Below, piece by piece: positions 1-12,984 of a stretch of DNA of 64,000 nucleotides. Origin of the DNA: Eledone cirrhosa (taxonomy: Eukaryota); the NCBI GenBank assembly GCA_964016885.1, contig OZ024743.1, forward strand, positions 80,538,001-80,602,000, written 5' to 3'. A program made the position numbers and the translations under genes. The notes under the pieces are model-generated. The model did no database searches. It saw only the letters and a list, made by a program, of their open reading frames with translations, and was not told where the DNA came from. The stretch's first letter is position 1, and the number at the start of each line of letters is the position of its first letter.

Positions 1-762
1 AAGTAAAACTAGGATACTCCTGCGCTAAGAACATGAAGGCCCACATCACCAACAGCCTTAAGAGCAACACCTCCTCCAGGGTTCTCTTGCCGTAAGCACG
101 AAACTTCTCCCCTTCAACACCAATGCCACACACCCGCTGTAGTTTATGAAGCTGTGGTCACTGCTAACCGACCAAATCAACACAGGAAGTCAAATCCTAT
201 GTGAGTATGGCGGAAGGCCGATTTAAGGAACGCTTCCTGAACCACCAGTCGGTGTTTAGGTACCCGGACTGACGTTCATCCACGAAACTCGCGAGCCACG
301 TATGGTCCCTCAAGGACTCAAGTATAGACTACTCCATTCAATGGAAAGCCATCACTAAGTCCAAGCCATACGCAAGGGGCAATCCGTCGTGTGGACTATG
401 TATTTATGAACGAATAAATATTCTAAAGACATTACGCAATAGTGATTGCCTAAACACGAGAAATGAATTCTTCACACGTTGTCCACACGTCTGGAAACAC
501 CTCTTACATAACTACAAAGATTCGGATTGAAGTACAACATCCTAATGTTCTTATCAACTAGAAACTTTTCGGACTTTCGCAATTATCTCCCTTACACCTC
601 TCGCACGCATTTTAGTATTGCCTGTGTGATGTGATCGTTTCTGCGCATGCGCGTTCGTACCGTTGTCCTTCCTGTTCCGTATAACCACGTCCATTACGAG
701 CTGAGGATCTGCTAAGGTGAAACAATTGTTCTCGGTATGGTGAACTAACTGTTGTGTAACCA
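1..762 (+). mobile_element. Penelope-like element 3' end: decayed GIY-YIG endonuclease, 3' UTR/pLTR with hammerhead, ending at a (TA)n tract
   Basis: Manual translation with frameshift and stop: VKLGYSCAKNMK...VVYEAVV..KSYVSMAEGRFKERFLNH..LASHVWSLKD..IQWK..KPY..CGLCIYE..LNTRNEFFTRCPH (stop ~530). (TA)n follows at 765. Confidence 0.85.
691..740 (+). ncRNA. Type I minimal hammerhead ribozyme motif
   Basis: cgag-CTGAGGA-tctgctaaggt-GAAA-caattg-TT-ctcg: stem I cgag/ctcg, palindromic stem III acaattgt. Confidence 0.65.
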
Positions 763-787
<25 letters not shown>

Positions 788-809
<22 letters not shown>

Positions 810-2300
810 CGAAGGAAAAGTGGTAAGGAACCAGATGGACCATAACGCACCAACGTACTCAATACTTAGGGTAGTAGAGTGGGTAATAAGAACAAGTATT
901 ACCCCGACGACAGAGCTCAAGCCGTTTCGACGGCTAATTCTGGACTAAATAAGAATTTTTAGCCTGGTAAATAAATAGCCGAACTTCTCAGGGGGTAATT
1001 CCTTATATGGGAAGATAGTAATTGTCAAAAGGATTGGTAAAAAATTTGTTGTAAAGACAGATGATTCTATCATGGCATTTGGTGGGAGGTAGGGGTAGCT
1101 GAACTTGCCGGTAGAACAAAGAGGGCGTGGGGGAAACCCAGTCAAGCGTTGAAAGTGAAATCTATACAGCAGATTCTAAGGATAGTGTATAGAAGGTCGA
1201 AAAAAGTGTACTGGAGAAGTGGAGGGGGGTTGAAAGAATAGGTAAATCGAAAGGGAGTAAACAAAAAAAAAACCATTATAAAAATAAGGAAATATATGAC
1301 AAACAATTTCTGGTTACTACTTCATTTCCACAATCACCAAATCTCTCATTGGTATTGCTAAGCTATAGAAAAGTTTAATAGGTGGACAAAAATACTAAAT
1401 ACGAGATGGTAGTGAAAGAATTGTATAAAGCCTGCTTAACAGGGGGTCAAACACCACTGCTATAGTTAGTTAGTTATCAGCCAATGCTATCTTACAATGA
1501 CAGGTTAATAAGTTGAGAACAAAAATACTAAAATACTACTAGAAAAATGCTAATACGAAATATTAATTCAGAATACTAATACAGAAATACTAATACAACA
1601 ATACTAATACAAAAATACCACCAAGAAATTTAGAAACCACAGAAATGGAGCAGCAACCAGAAAGAAAACAATTTACCGGGGTCTAACACATCTGCTCTAA
1701 AAAGCGTAATCGGCAAATTCTATCTTCAAATTAGAGGGGTGGGGGTACTGAGGCTACAGAGGACCGATGGGCTGCATCGGGGTAGGCGAAAAGGTGAAAA
1801 AAAGACAAGGAAGGAGATCTGGCGTGGAATGATTAGGAAGAGATGGGGGGAAGAAGGAAATATAGAGGAAAAGATAAAAAAAAGTTACGTCTACTATTGT
1901 AAGCAGGGGTTACCCGTTACAAAATCGGCAAGTGGGGTGTTTCAGCCCTTTTCTTGAAGTCACAAGCGGTTAATCCTATATAAGCTTTGTTGGAAGTGTC
2001 CGTCCTCACGTTGCACTGGTAGATCACATTACGATCTCGGCATCTGTTGTTGAGGGGGCAAAGGGATCTATCAGGACAGTTACCCCTCCTGGTCGGCTCT
2101 CCACTGCTGTCTAGGTTATTTCTTCCATAGGGGTTGAGTTTTTTGTTGTTAGAGGAAACTATGTTTTGTGCGAAGTTAGGTATGGTGCTGTAGGAAAGTT
2201 TGATGGTGTTTTTGTTGATTATATTGTGGTAGCGGTGTTGTAGTTGGAAGTATTTTTCGATGAGCCTAAAGAAGATTTTCCCGAAGTTTGCGATACATTT
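788..2300 (-). mobile_element. Penelope-like element, 5'-truncated and internally deleted (family A), with linker/GIY-YIG fragment at 1917-2300 and HHR-bearing 3' end
   Basis: ORF 1917..2363: NFGKIFFRLIEKYF..INKNTIKLSYS..GNCPDRSLCPLNNRC..VIYQC..AYIGLT..FKKR. 3' end abuts (TA)n. Whether 945-1900 belongs to the same copy is inferred. Confidence 0.75.
898..999 (-). ncRNA. Type I hammerhead (family A), core partly decayed (CTGAGAA)
   Basis: Minus strand: attacccc-CTGAGAA-[cggctattt...aattagccg]-GAAA-cggc..gtcg-TC-ggggtaat; 8-bp stem I. Confidence 0.7.
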
Positions 2301-2664
2301 ATATCTGTCTATATATAGAGTGTGCAACCGAGACTGCAAACATGTGTACATAGATATACACATATTTAATATGTATGTATCTATGTAGATATCTATGTAG
2401 ATATATATGTTTATACGTATATTTTACTCATTCAAAATGGCTGACTCACAAGTGTTGTGACTGTAAAACAAATTTCCATTACTTCCTATTCTTACTTTTG
2501 TCTGCAACTTTTTTTCTTCTTCATCTATTTCTCATTATATCTTCCAATGAAGGACTACCGTCCGATACGACTTTCCTACTATATCAAGCGTTAAACTATG
2601 TCCTCATTTATTGTATTGTTCACCTGCGATGCTTTTTTGTTGTTTAATTTTCACATATATATTT

Positions 2665-2776
<112 letters not shown>

Positions 2777-2944
2777 GTGACAATGTTAGAGTTGACGCTG
2801 GTGGCCAAACGTACAAGAGTGAAGAAAACAAACACGTAAATATTTACAGTAATTCATTTGGTTATCCATGTTCCCGGGTTCAAATAACCATCAAATATGA
2901 AATCTCATTAGAAATAATCCTGTATGGTATAGCTCAACCGGGGT

Positions 2945-3075
2945 GAAGTGGCAGAGTCGTTGGAACGTCACAGTATGTGTTCCGGCTTTCTGAGTTCAAA
3001 TCTTGCCGAGGTCAACTTTACCTTTCATCCATTAAAGGTCGATAAATAAGTACCAGTCAAGTACTGAGGTCGATT
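2945..3075 (+). mobile_element. tRNA-derived SINE (octopus-type)
   Basis: B-box-like gagttcaaatc then ccgaggtcaactttacctttcatcc..gtcgataaataagtaccagt; homologous copies at 17850, 27872, 38691, 59088, 61515, 61655. Confidence 0.7.
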
Positions 3076-3289
3076 CTTTCTCACTTCCATTCTGTCACTC
3101 TCAATCCGTCTCTGTAAGAAATCACCTGTATTCAGACCGGAAGAATAGATGGTCTCCGTCAGGTTTTGAAAGGCCCTAGAAAGGTCGTATTTCAATATGG
3201 CGACCCTACATCACCATCAGGAGTTACGAGTTTACACATATGTAGATACTCAAACCATCAGCACACACCCCACCACAGACAACACTTCT

Positions 3290-4045
3290 TACAGCATCAC
3301 CACCACCACCACCACCACCATCAACACCACCACCAACACCAATACCACTACGCTACCACCACTACCACTAGCACCACCATCACAACCACCACAAACAACA
3401 AGAGCACCACCACAACCAACACCACTACACTACCACCATCACCACCACCACCAACATCACCACCACCACCACCACCACTATCACCACCACCACCACAACC
3501 AGCACCAACACCACCAATATCACCAACACCACTACACTACCACCATCACCACCACCACTACTACCACCACCACCACCACCACCACGACTACAACCGCCAC
3601 CACCACCGCCATCATCACCACCACCAACACCACTACACTACCACTATTACCACCACCACCACTACAACCACCACCAACAAAACCACCCCCATCACCAACA
3701 CCACTACACTGCCACCATCACCACCACCACCACCACCACCTCCACAACCACCACCGACGCCACCACCATCAACACCACCACCACCGCCACCACCAAAACA
3801 ACACCAACACCACCACCACAACCACCACCACCATCAACACCACCACCATCAACACCACCACCACCATCAACACTACCACAACCACCAACACCACCATCAC
3901 CACCACCACCACCACAACAACACCACCACCACCACCACCACCAACACCACCAACACCACCATCACCACCACCATCACAACACCACCACAACCACCACCAC
4001 CACCACCATCACCACTGCCACCACCATCACCACCACCACCACCGT
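3290..4045. repeat. (CAC/CAA)n compound trinucleotide repeat
   Basis: Direct inspection; explains the His/Thr/Pro ORFs 3166-4116 etc. Confidence 0.95.
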
Positions 4046-4510
4046 CTGTATACATATATGTATGTACGTATACATACTTATATTTAAGTAACAGCCGTAC
4101 TAAGAATGAGAAATGAAATTTCGTTTCATTTTTCCCATTTATCATTTTCGGTGCGCCCGGCCGATTAACTCACTCGATATGCAAATTAGGCTGCTCAGCC
4201 GTTAATATGCATAAGGAAAGTATATACTTTCAGACGTTCAATCATCTGGCAGGAAGGTATACGGTGCTGACGATAGCTAATAAGCTTGAAACTAGTACAT
4301 CGTTCCTTTGTCAGTGTTAAACAAAAGGGCAACGATGGTTGCTAAACACTGTACGGCTTAATTCGGGATGTTTGTTTGTTTACAAACAAACCGAGCATTA
4401 TAATAAATGTTCGGTAAATCCATACGTACATATATATATATGTGTGCATGTGTGTATATATATATACATACTACTGTACGTCTGTATACATATATGTATT
4501 TACGTATACA
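4045..4510 (+). mobile_element. Non-coding HHR-bearing interspersed element (second copy 56938-57615)
   Basis: Co-linear with 57157-57600. HHR 4261-4303: acggtg-CTGACGA-tagctaataagctt-GAAA-ctag-TA-catcgt. Confidence 0.75.
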
Positions 4511-4516
4511 TACTTT

Positions 4517-5156
4517 TAATTTCTATATTTTCATTTATATTTATACTCGGAATTTTTCCAAGAGTGCTTAAAATTATTTTTGACTAATCCCGGTCTTTTT
4601 TTTTAAAAACCGCGATAATATTGCTATTTTACTGAACTCTTTAGATTTAGAGTTTTTTTCGGAATGATTTCGACTGCTGTTTCCTGTAAATAGACATTCT
4701 GACGTCACCAGCCATGTCTCTCCATGTGTGTTTATTTTCATAATTTCCGCACGAGTTGAACTAGCCTGCTTTTAAATTCCCTTTTTGGCATATTTTGGCA
4801 GTGGAAACCTAGGGTTATCGTGTTTGAGCTCTATTGAGTAACGACTCCAACCGTGACCATCCCCACTGAAAAGTTTCGTGAAATAGTCTTTCTAAGACTA
4901 CATAGAGCATTTGTAGTTTTTCCAAATTGAAGGATGAGTATTTAAACTTTATTTTATTCTGAGTTAAGACTCTATTGGTCTTTTCCCTGGATTTCACAAA
5001 ATCTGTGGATAAAATCTTTGTCTTGATTTCTTTTGAATTGGGTTTGAATTATTTTCCCACATCTTACGTTAATTCTTTTTCCATTTTGACGTTATAGTCA
5101 CTTATATTATTATGAAATACAGTTGGCTCCTTGCTCACATTAATTTCTATATTTTC

Positions 5157-5164
<8 letters not shown>
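4517..5164 (+). mobile_element. Retrozyme-like ~624-nt unit with terminal direct repeat, decayed HHR
   Basis: taatttctatattttcatttatat at 4517 and 5141; homologous to 36501-37364; HHR at ~4828-4908 has core TTGAGTA and cleavage site CA. Confidence 0.7.
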
Positions 5165-5229
<65 letters not shown>

Positions 5230-5230
<1 letters not shown>

Positions 5231-5961
5231 TTCCAGCTATCCACTCCATAACATGAAAAATATCCGGCACCTCTTCTCAGACTCCTCGGAACTACCTTAG
5301 AAACTTAACCACGGACATACACTCACAATTCTTTTCGAATCACGCCACCTACATCCACACCACGTATTAACACCAACACACACGTGTGTACCCCCACATA
5401 TATACAATCAACCTCCGGAATCCTCCCCCGCCCTCCCCCACCCCTCTGACCCCTCCCCATCCACACGTACGCACACACAAACCTACACCCCCCCTCCCCT
5501 ACGTCCCCCCACCCCCACACCTTTTCCTGAACATGGAACCTCGTTCTTCCCCCAACTCTCACGTTCACATGCACACACACACACGTATACCTACACACAT
5601 ACACAAACACCACCTTCAGCCCTCCCCGCTCGGACCCCCTGCCTCCCTCTCCCTACTCCACCCGCCACCACCACTACACGCCCCACATCCTTCCACCTCT
5701 TGCTTATCTTTATGTTTATTTTTATTTTTATTTGTACCCCTTCCACCGTTTTTTCTTTCCCCCCCCCCCACACTTTTTTCTAAATGTCTCTCCACCACTC
5801 CACCACACACCCTCGGGACTCTCTTCCCACCCACTTTTCTCCTGAAGAGGGGATTATACCCGAAACGTCGTTCCCCTCCGCAGCCCCCACACTCAAGAAC
5901 GTGAAACTAATAAACCTTTGTTTGTACTACCTCTCTGTTTTCGTTCCCGTTCCAGTTTTCA

Positions 5962-5965
<4 letters not shown>
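5230..5965 (+). mobile_element. PLE-like 3' end (family B) with minimal HHR core
   Basis: Homologous to 46790-47540; CTGAAGA-g-ggg-attata-ccc-GAAACGTC at 5842-5869; flanked by (TA)n on both sides. Confidence 0.6.
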
Positions 5966-6045
<80 letters not shown>

Positions 6046-6436
6046 CTTTCACCTGTGTCTTCCCACGATGGAACCTGTACACTTTTTTTTCTTCTATTCC
6101 TTTCCTATTTTTTCCCCTTTTCCCTTCCCCCTTTCTTCCTCTCTCCTCACCCCCCCCCCCCCTTGTTCTTCCTCCTTTCACTTTCTTTCCTTTTTTTTCC
6201 CCTTTTTTTCTCTCTTTCTCTTTCCTTTTCCACCTGGCCTTTTGATTAATAAAATGTCTCGGGCGCACCCGAACTACACCGAAGTCCTGTAATTCAGCGC
6301 CGAAACATCGGTTCGGGAAACATTTACAGCTGACGATGGAAACTCCTTTCTTCCTTTCTCCTCCTGTTCCGTCCTCACCACCATCCTAAAGCTTGTTTTT
6401 AGTAACCACACAGCTCCTTTCGGTTCATTACTGTTT

Positions 6437-6890
6437 GTATATATATATATACAGTCCTATATATTATACCTACATTATATATGTAGGTATAATATATATG
6501 ACTGTATATATATATATATACAGTCCTATATATTACACCTACATTATATATGTAGGTATAATATATATGACTGTATATATATATATACAGTCCTATATAT
6601 TACACCTACATTATATATGTAGGTATAATATATATGACTGTATATATATATATACAGTCCTATATATTATACCTACATATATAATGTAGGTATAATATAT
6701 ATGACTGTATATATATATATACAGTCCTATATATTATACCTACATTATATATGTAGGTGTAATATATATGACTGTATATATATATATACAGTCATATATA
6801 TTATACCTACATTATATATGTAGGTATAATATATAGGACTGTATATATATATATACAGTCATATATATTATACCTACATTATATATGTAT
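6437..6890. repeat. Minisatellite of ~68-70 bp palindromic units (~6.5 copies)
   Basis: Unit cagtcctatatattatacctacattatatatgtaggtataatatatatgactg + (TA)n is nearly self-complementary. Confidence 0.9.
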
Positions 6891-8286
6891 TTTCGAGATG
6901 TAAAGGTCCTCATTGCAGATTTGAAGCTAGTTACCAGTACCTTCTGTCTGTGAGCCTGCCTGTCTGTCTGTCTGTCTGTCTGACTGCATGGCTGTCTGTC
7001 TGTCTGACTGCATGGCTGTCTGTCTGTCTGCCTGTCTGTCTGTCTGCCCCTTGTCTGTCTGTATGTCTGCCTGTATGTCTGTATGTCTGTCTATCTGTCT
7101 GTCTGACTGTCTGTCTGTATGTCTGTATGTCTGTCTGTCTGCCTGTCAGTCAGTATGCCTGTCTGTCTGTCTGCCTGTCTGTCCTCCTCCTCCTCCCACA
7201 CCCTCTCTCTCTTCTACACTGACTCCTTGTCAGGGTCTATCCACCTACCTATCAATCAAACAATTAATCTATCGAAACAAGGTTATATATATATATTGAG
7301 AGAGCGAAAGGTATGTAATTATGTATATATGTATATATGCATGTATATATATATATATTATATATTCCAGCCCACGTAAATATATGTGTGTGTGTGTGTT
7401 TGTGTGTATGTGTGTGTGTGTATGTGTGTGTGTGTGTATGTGTGTGTGTATGTGTGTGTGTGAGTGTATACTTACGTATATACACACACGTGTATACATA
7501 CATACACAGTTGCATACACATACATGCATACCTACATATATACATACATACATTCATTCATATATATATATATATGGAGAGAGAGAGAGGGAGAGAGAGA
7601 GTGAGAGGGGAGAGAGAGAGAGAGAGAGAGAGAATATAAGTAGGTGAGTAACATTGACATGACATATAATAAATATATTCTAGGTTGTTGCCGGATCTAC
7701 AGTTTGCAAGTGCCCCTTAGGAGGAAGTTTAAAACATCAGGTCACATTGAACTTTGAAGCCCTTAAGGGTTATTTTATCGCTTCACATGAAATTAATGTC
7801 TCCCCTACACCGGTTTGATAGCGCTCTCATTTTCCATGCTTAAAATGGCTGACTATATATTTTAATTTTTTAGCGTTCTTTGCATTTTGTTATAGCCAAT
7901 AGGAATAATTTAATTTGCTTTCTCTTCCCTCTGAACTTTCGTAATTTCTTTCCGTCTTTGAAGATTCTGTTGATTTTTTAAAAAGAAATTCGTTACCATC
8001 TTGGGGTTATTATTATAATTTCTGTGTTTTTTCTTCTACTTTTTTTTCATTTTTTTTATAGATTATTTAAAGTGTCATTCTATATTAAAGATTAACTGCT
8101 AATCTCAATGAAGGAATTTCTAATGAAACTTCCATCATGTGTGTACAAGGTTTTATGTTGAAATCTTACTTGTTATATATACACGTAGTAATAGAAGAAA
8201 AAAACACTTCTAAATTCTGTGTTTGGTAGAGGATAACACTAATTACTTCACATCAAAGCTGGAACACACACATAAACACATATATA

Positions 8287-8378
<92 letters not shown>

Positions 8379-8939
8379 CTCTCGTCTCTCTCTCTCTCTC
8401 CCTCTCTCTCTCTCACTCTCTCTCTCTCTTCTCTCTCTCTCGCCTTTTCTCTCTCTACTCATCTGCCTCACCTATATATAAATATATACTTCTATCTATC
8501 TAGGTGGTAATCAGCAATGGCACTAATATGTTTTGATCCAGAATAGGTGACTGTATAGATACATATACAACATATCTATGTATAATAAACCCACAGAGGT
8601 CTAACCGGGAGTATTTTTATCTTTAATTATTTCAGCTGTCCCAATAGCCCATGTGAAAACCCCAAATAAGTGTTTCAGGATTGTTATCCATCATTAGTGA
8701 CGTTTAAACACTCGTTACTGTGATAAGAATGTTGAGGCTTCTTATGTATATAATATTTAGCGAATAATCTATTATTGGAGATGTTTATCTCCATTCAGTG
8801 CGAACCTTAAGGGTTGGCATTAATCAACAGTAGCACTAATACAGTGTGTTTCAGATTAGTGGTGTATATGAAATCATAAACAGCGTATGTTTATATGTAA
8901 TAAATATATTGTATATACTACCATAACACTTCTATAGCT

Positions 8940-10932
8940 AACCATCCACGACAACCTCCACCTTATGCGATACATCATAGAGAGGGTTGGGAACGAACCC
9001 GGCTTTGGTGGGGCCCTGATCAACTTGGATCAATCTAAGGCGTTCGATAGGGTCGACCATGGTTACCTGGATGCGGTGCTAGCGGCGGCAAGTTTCGGAC
9101 CCGTTTTCAGGGGCTGGATCACTGCCATGCACAGCAGCCGTATTTGCTCTAGAGTCAAGGTGAACGGCTACCTCTCGGAGCCGTTCGAAATCACGCGGTC
9201 CATCCAACAGGGGTGCCCTCTCTCCTCCCTTCTGTATGTATTGGCTCTCGAGCCACTGCTGCGGAAGTTGGAGTTGTTGAAGGGCATCCCTTTGGAACCG
9301 TGATTGCGGAAAGCGGTGTCGGCGTAACAGTAATGGTGTCGACCAACTCGGAAATCGGGGCGATCGGCACTTTACTGGAGGAGTACGAAAGGTTTACAGG
9401 GGCTAAGCTGAACCAGGACAAGTCGATGGGTTTGCAACTCGGCACGTGGAGGGGCAAACCGATGCCCTCCGATGGTGTCGTCGGACGCTGGACGGAGAGC
9501 CCGGTGAAGTTTCTCGGGGTCTGGTTCGGACCAGACCTCCAGGTGGAGAAGAAATGGGGTGAGGTAACGAACAGGGTGTTTGCACTGACCCAGAAGTGGG
9601 CCGAGTGCAAACTATCCCTGAAAGGTCAGGCGGAGGTGGCGAACACTTATATAGCGTCCATCAGCTACTACCGCCTGACTGTCGTGCCTTGCCCAAGGGA
9701 AACGCTCACCAAAATGGAGCGCGCACTCTTCCAATTCCTTTGGAAGAAGCGGGCTCCTTTGGTGAGGAGATCCATCTGCTGTCAACACCCTTCAAAAGGA
9801 GGGCTGAGGATGCCGTGACTGCTGATGCGTAAACACGCATTAAGGCTACGGCACCTCTAGGTATTCCTCACCGGTCAAACGGTGTGGGCTCTGTTTGTGA
9901 GACGAACCTTTCCGAGACTCGTCTCACTAACCGAGCTGCAATCCTGGGTCAAGCAAAGACCGAGAAAACTGGGCGCCTGGCACACCGAGTGTGCCCAGGC
10001 GCTCACGGCTCTCTGGCAGGCGGACCCGGCTATCAGTGGAGACTCCACCTCGACAATCTATAGAGGGCTGGTGCGCAGCAGGTGCGACGACGCCCTCGGA
10101 GAAGCCCCAGACATGGAGGAAGACGAATTGACCAGCCTGTTCGGTAGGACATTTAGCCCGGAACCTATGGACAACTTCCAGAGGTCCCTGGCCTGGTAGT
10201 GCTACCGAGGGGCTCTGCCCGTTCCAGAAAAGCTCTACAGACACGGGCGCCCGGGTAGGGACCCCTCAAAAAAGATCTTTCCAAGATGCGTGCGCGACGA
10301 GGAAACCGTCGCGCATGCATTGGTACACTGCCCGGGCGTCGCCGATCTGTGGGGCTATGTCGAACGACTGCTGTCACGGGTAGAACATATCCGGTTGACC
10401 ACCGAGTCCATTATAACGATAAAGCTGCCTCCCCCCTTCAAAAATGAAGGAGAGGCGGTGTTTCTGTGCGTAATAGCCATGGTGAAAGAGGTTGTATGGT
10501 GGACGCGTTTGAAAGGGCTGAGGTTGGGCACCTTTCTCTCTGGCCAACAACTGGTCCTCTTCTTCCGATATCATTTTGGAAGAAGGATCAGGATGAAGAG
10601 AGAGGTGTTCCACCCCAGCCAGTTTTATGAAAGGTGGGTGAAAGTGGCGAGAATGGCCCGTGTGAATGGGCCTTCTCTCTATATCAGCCTGTAGGTGAAA
10701 AAGATGGAAGAACAAGGGAGCACCCTCTCTCTGTGCTCCTGAGGAGAAGGGTTGCACACTTTTTTTTTGGTGGGGGGGATGCGACCCCCCAAAACGCCTC
10801 CTCCCTATTGAGGACTTTATTGTTAATTTTATATTTGTTATTTTTTTACTCGTTCTTTTGTGTAAACTCCCCCCCCCCCCCCGCCTTGTATTTGTCCCTT
10901 TCTTTTGTGCCCTCGTGGCAATAAATAGAAAT
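8940..10932 (+). mobile_element. 5'-truncated Tx1/L1-clade LINE (decayed RT and C-terminal Zn-finger region, 3' UTR)
   Basis: ORFs 8965-10694: LINLDQSKAFDRVDH, QQGCPLSSLLY, VKFLGVWFG, GGLRMP, ETVAHALVHC; ends caataaatagaa + (ATCT)n. Confidence 0.92.
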
Positions 10933-11326
10933 GTATCTATCTATCTCTCTATCTCTCTATCTCTCTATCGGACGTGCGGTAGATCGCTGGTAAGTTTTTG
11001 TAAAATTTTCCATACAAAAACAGAATTCATTGTGTAAAATGTTATATTGTTTGATAGATTAACACCCAGGCTGAATTGTCAGCTGGGGGGTAATCTGAGT
11101 TTTCGCCCCACAGGAGCAGAAATTTAATTTTAAAATGATTGACAAGTTTTTAAAATGTTCCTAACTTTAACAATGTGTGACTTACAACGAACGCTAGACT
11201 GCGAGAAGAGAAGGAAAGAGACAGATATAAACGTTATATTTCCCTCTATTTCCATAGAAGTATCTATGGAGACAAACAACAACAAAACTTCGTTTCGTAA
11301 AGAAATGAATATTTACACAACAAAAG

Positions 11327-12943
11327 ATGAAAATAACAGCCCACAACAGACACCAAAAAAATACAGAAAATGCAGAAATTGAAACAATTGACACAACTAC
11401 AAACGAAAAAACCAACAACAACAATAACAAAATTGAAAAAACAACATTCGCACAGACTGTGATAAATAAAACAGACTACAAACCCATCGACATAAGCAAC
11501 TCCAAACAAATGTTGACCGATGCAAAACAATTCATAACCTTTGAAGAAAAGGGTTGGTTTTATATAAACTCACCCTTGCAAATTAAACGAGAAACAGTTC
11601 GAAGGACAGTAACCTTCCGAACTGTTTCAAATAAAACAAAAAAAAAACGGTATTCCCCAGTCAAGGAGAAATTGAAACAACCCTGAAAGAGGCTCTCCCG
11701 GACATTGATTTTATGCAGAGGGCCAGACTATATGGAAGTGTTTCAGTACTTTTTACAAGCGATGCCCTCGCACAAAAACATTCTGTTTCACCAGTCATCA
11801 CAAAAACACACACCTTTTTCCCTACTTACATGGGAAAAAGAACTCAAAAAATTAAAATAAATAATATACCAACCAAACATCAACATTTGGTGGATCTTGG
11901 CCGGTTTTATAGAGCCAGAAAGCGATACAATTCTTTCGGTCAGGAAATCGACCAGACAAAGATCGGCAGGGACAAATTTGGAAATTCTGATACAAATGAC
12001 ACCAGAAAGAATTTCCCAAATCCCCGAAAAAGTGCTGGTTGACAACCAGAACTACATCAACATCGTAACTGGAGACAGAAAGCCACACTGTTTTCGATGT
12101 GCAAGCACATCACACCTAAAAGCCTCCTGCCCTTTACAAACAAATCTTTAAAAAAACAAAAGTACTTTTACCAACACCACCAGCAAAACAATCACTACCA
12201 CCACCACCACCACCAACACCACAACAACAACAGGCGAAACGAGCAAACACACCAAAACAAACAGCCACTCAACCAACAACAACAGAAAAAACAGAGACAA
12301 CACCCCTGAAGAACACAGCCTCACACCATCCCACTCCATCAAACACTACCACAAACACACACACCGAAACACCACCACCACACATCATACCCCTACCCCA
12401 CACACCTGATGATGATTATTCATCGACGGATGAAGTTGCTTCTCCTTCTTTAAGTGAAGAAGAGGGAGAGCCGCGGAAATCTAAAAAACAAAAAAAGAGA
12501 CACCACAAAACCACAAAATTCCAATCACCAACACCAACACACGACCACAGACACAAATAACAACACAAACAACACCACAGTCAAACATCCTCCTACCAGC
12601 AAACACAAGCACCCACCATGAAAGAAAACTCCCAGACGAACAACAAACTAAAACAACACAACAAAAACACAAACAACAATACGCATACATCAACACAAAC
12701 AACAAGGAGGAGACGGAGGGCAAAACTTTCGTCAAGGCAGAATCGTCTCCACACCTTAAACTTATAACGGTTTCTATGGAAACCTACAATGACCTGAACA
12801 ATAAATTTTCACAGGACGTGGGCAACCCCTGCCAGAAACCCATCAACCGCGTCCTGTTAAAATGTTTCCCCACCCCACCCAACACAACATCCAGCACCCA
12901 AATGGAGATTGAACAACCCGATCTCCAGGAAACAAAAGGGTAA
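11327..12943 (+). pseudogene. Tx1 ORF1 (gag-like zinc-knuckle protein), frameshifted
   Basis: KTTFAQTV N-terminal motif, CX2CX4HX4C at ~12088-12130, Thr/Gln-rich tail; lies directly upstream of the ORF2 ATG. Confidence 0.7.
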
Positions 12944-12984
12944 GTGCACCTTTCGTCCTTTTTCTCCAACTCTTCTTCGCCAAC

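Noticed and set aside
2540-2570. HHR at ccaatgaaggactaccgtccgatacg (and ctggtgaaggactagcgtcggaagcgtt at 52931)
   Set aside because: Probably HHR relics, but multiple core substitutions mean they cannot be called ribozymes.
3166-4116. His/Pro/Thr-rich extensin- or mucin-like ORFs (also 42162-43406)
   Set aside because: Pure (CAC)n/(GGT)n repeats with no domain or splice evidence.
6325-6400. CTGACGA HHR candidate
   Set aside because: No convincing GAAA or stem I partner.
8650-8700. Minus-strand ctaatga-tgga..tcct-gaaa HHR relic
   Set aside because: Core is mutated and stem I does not pair.
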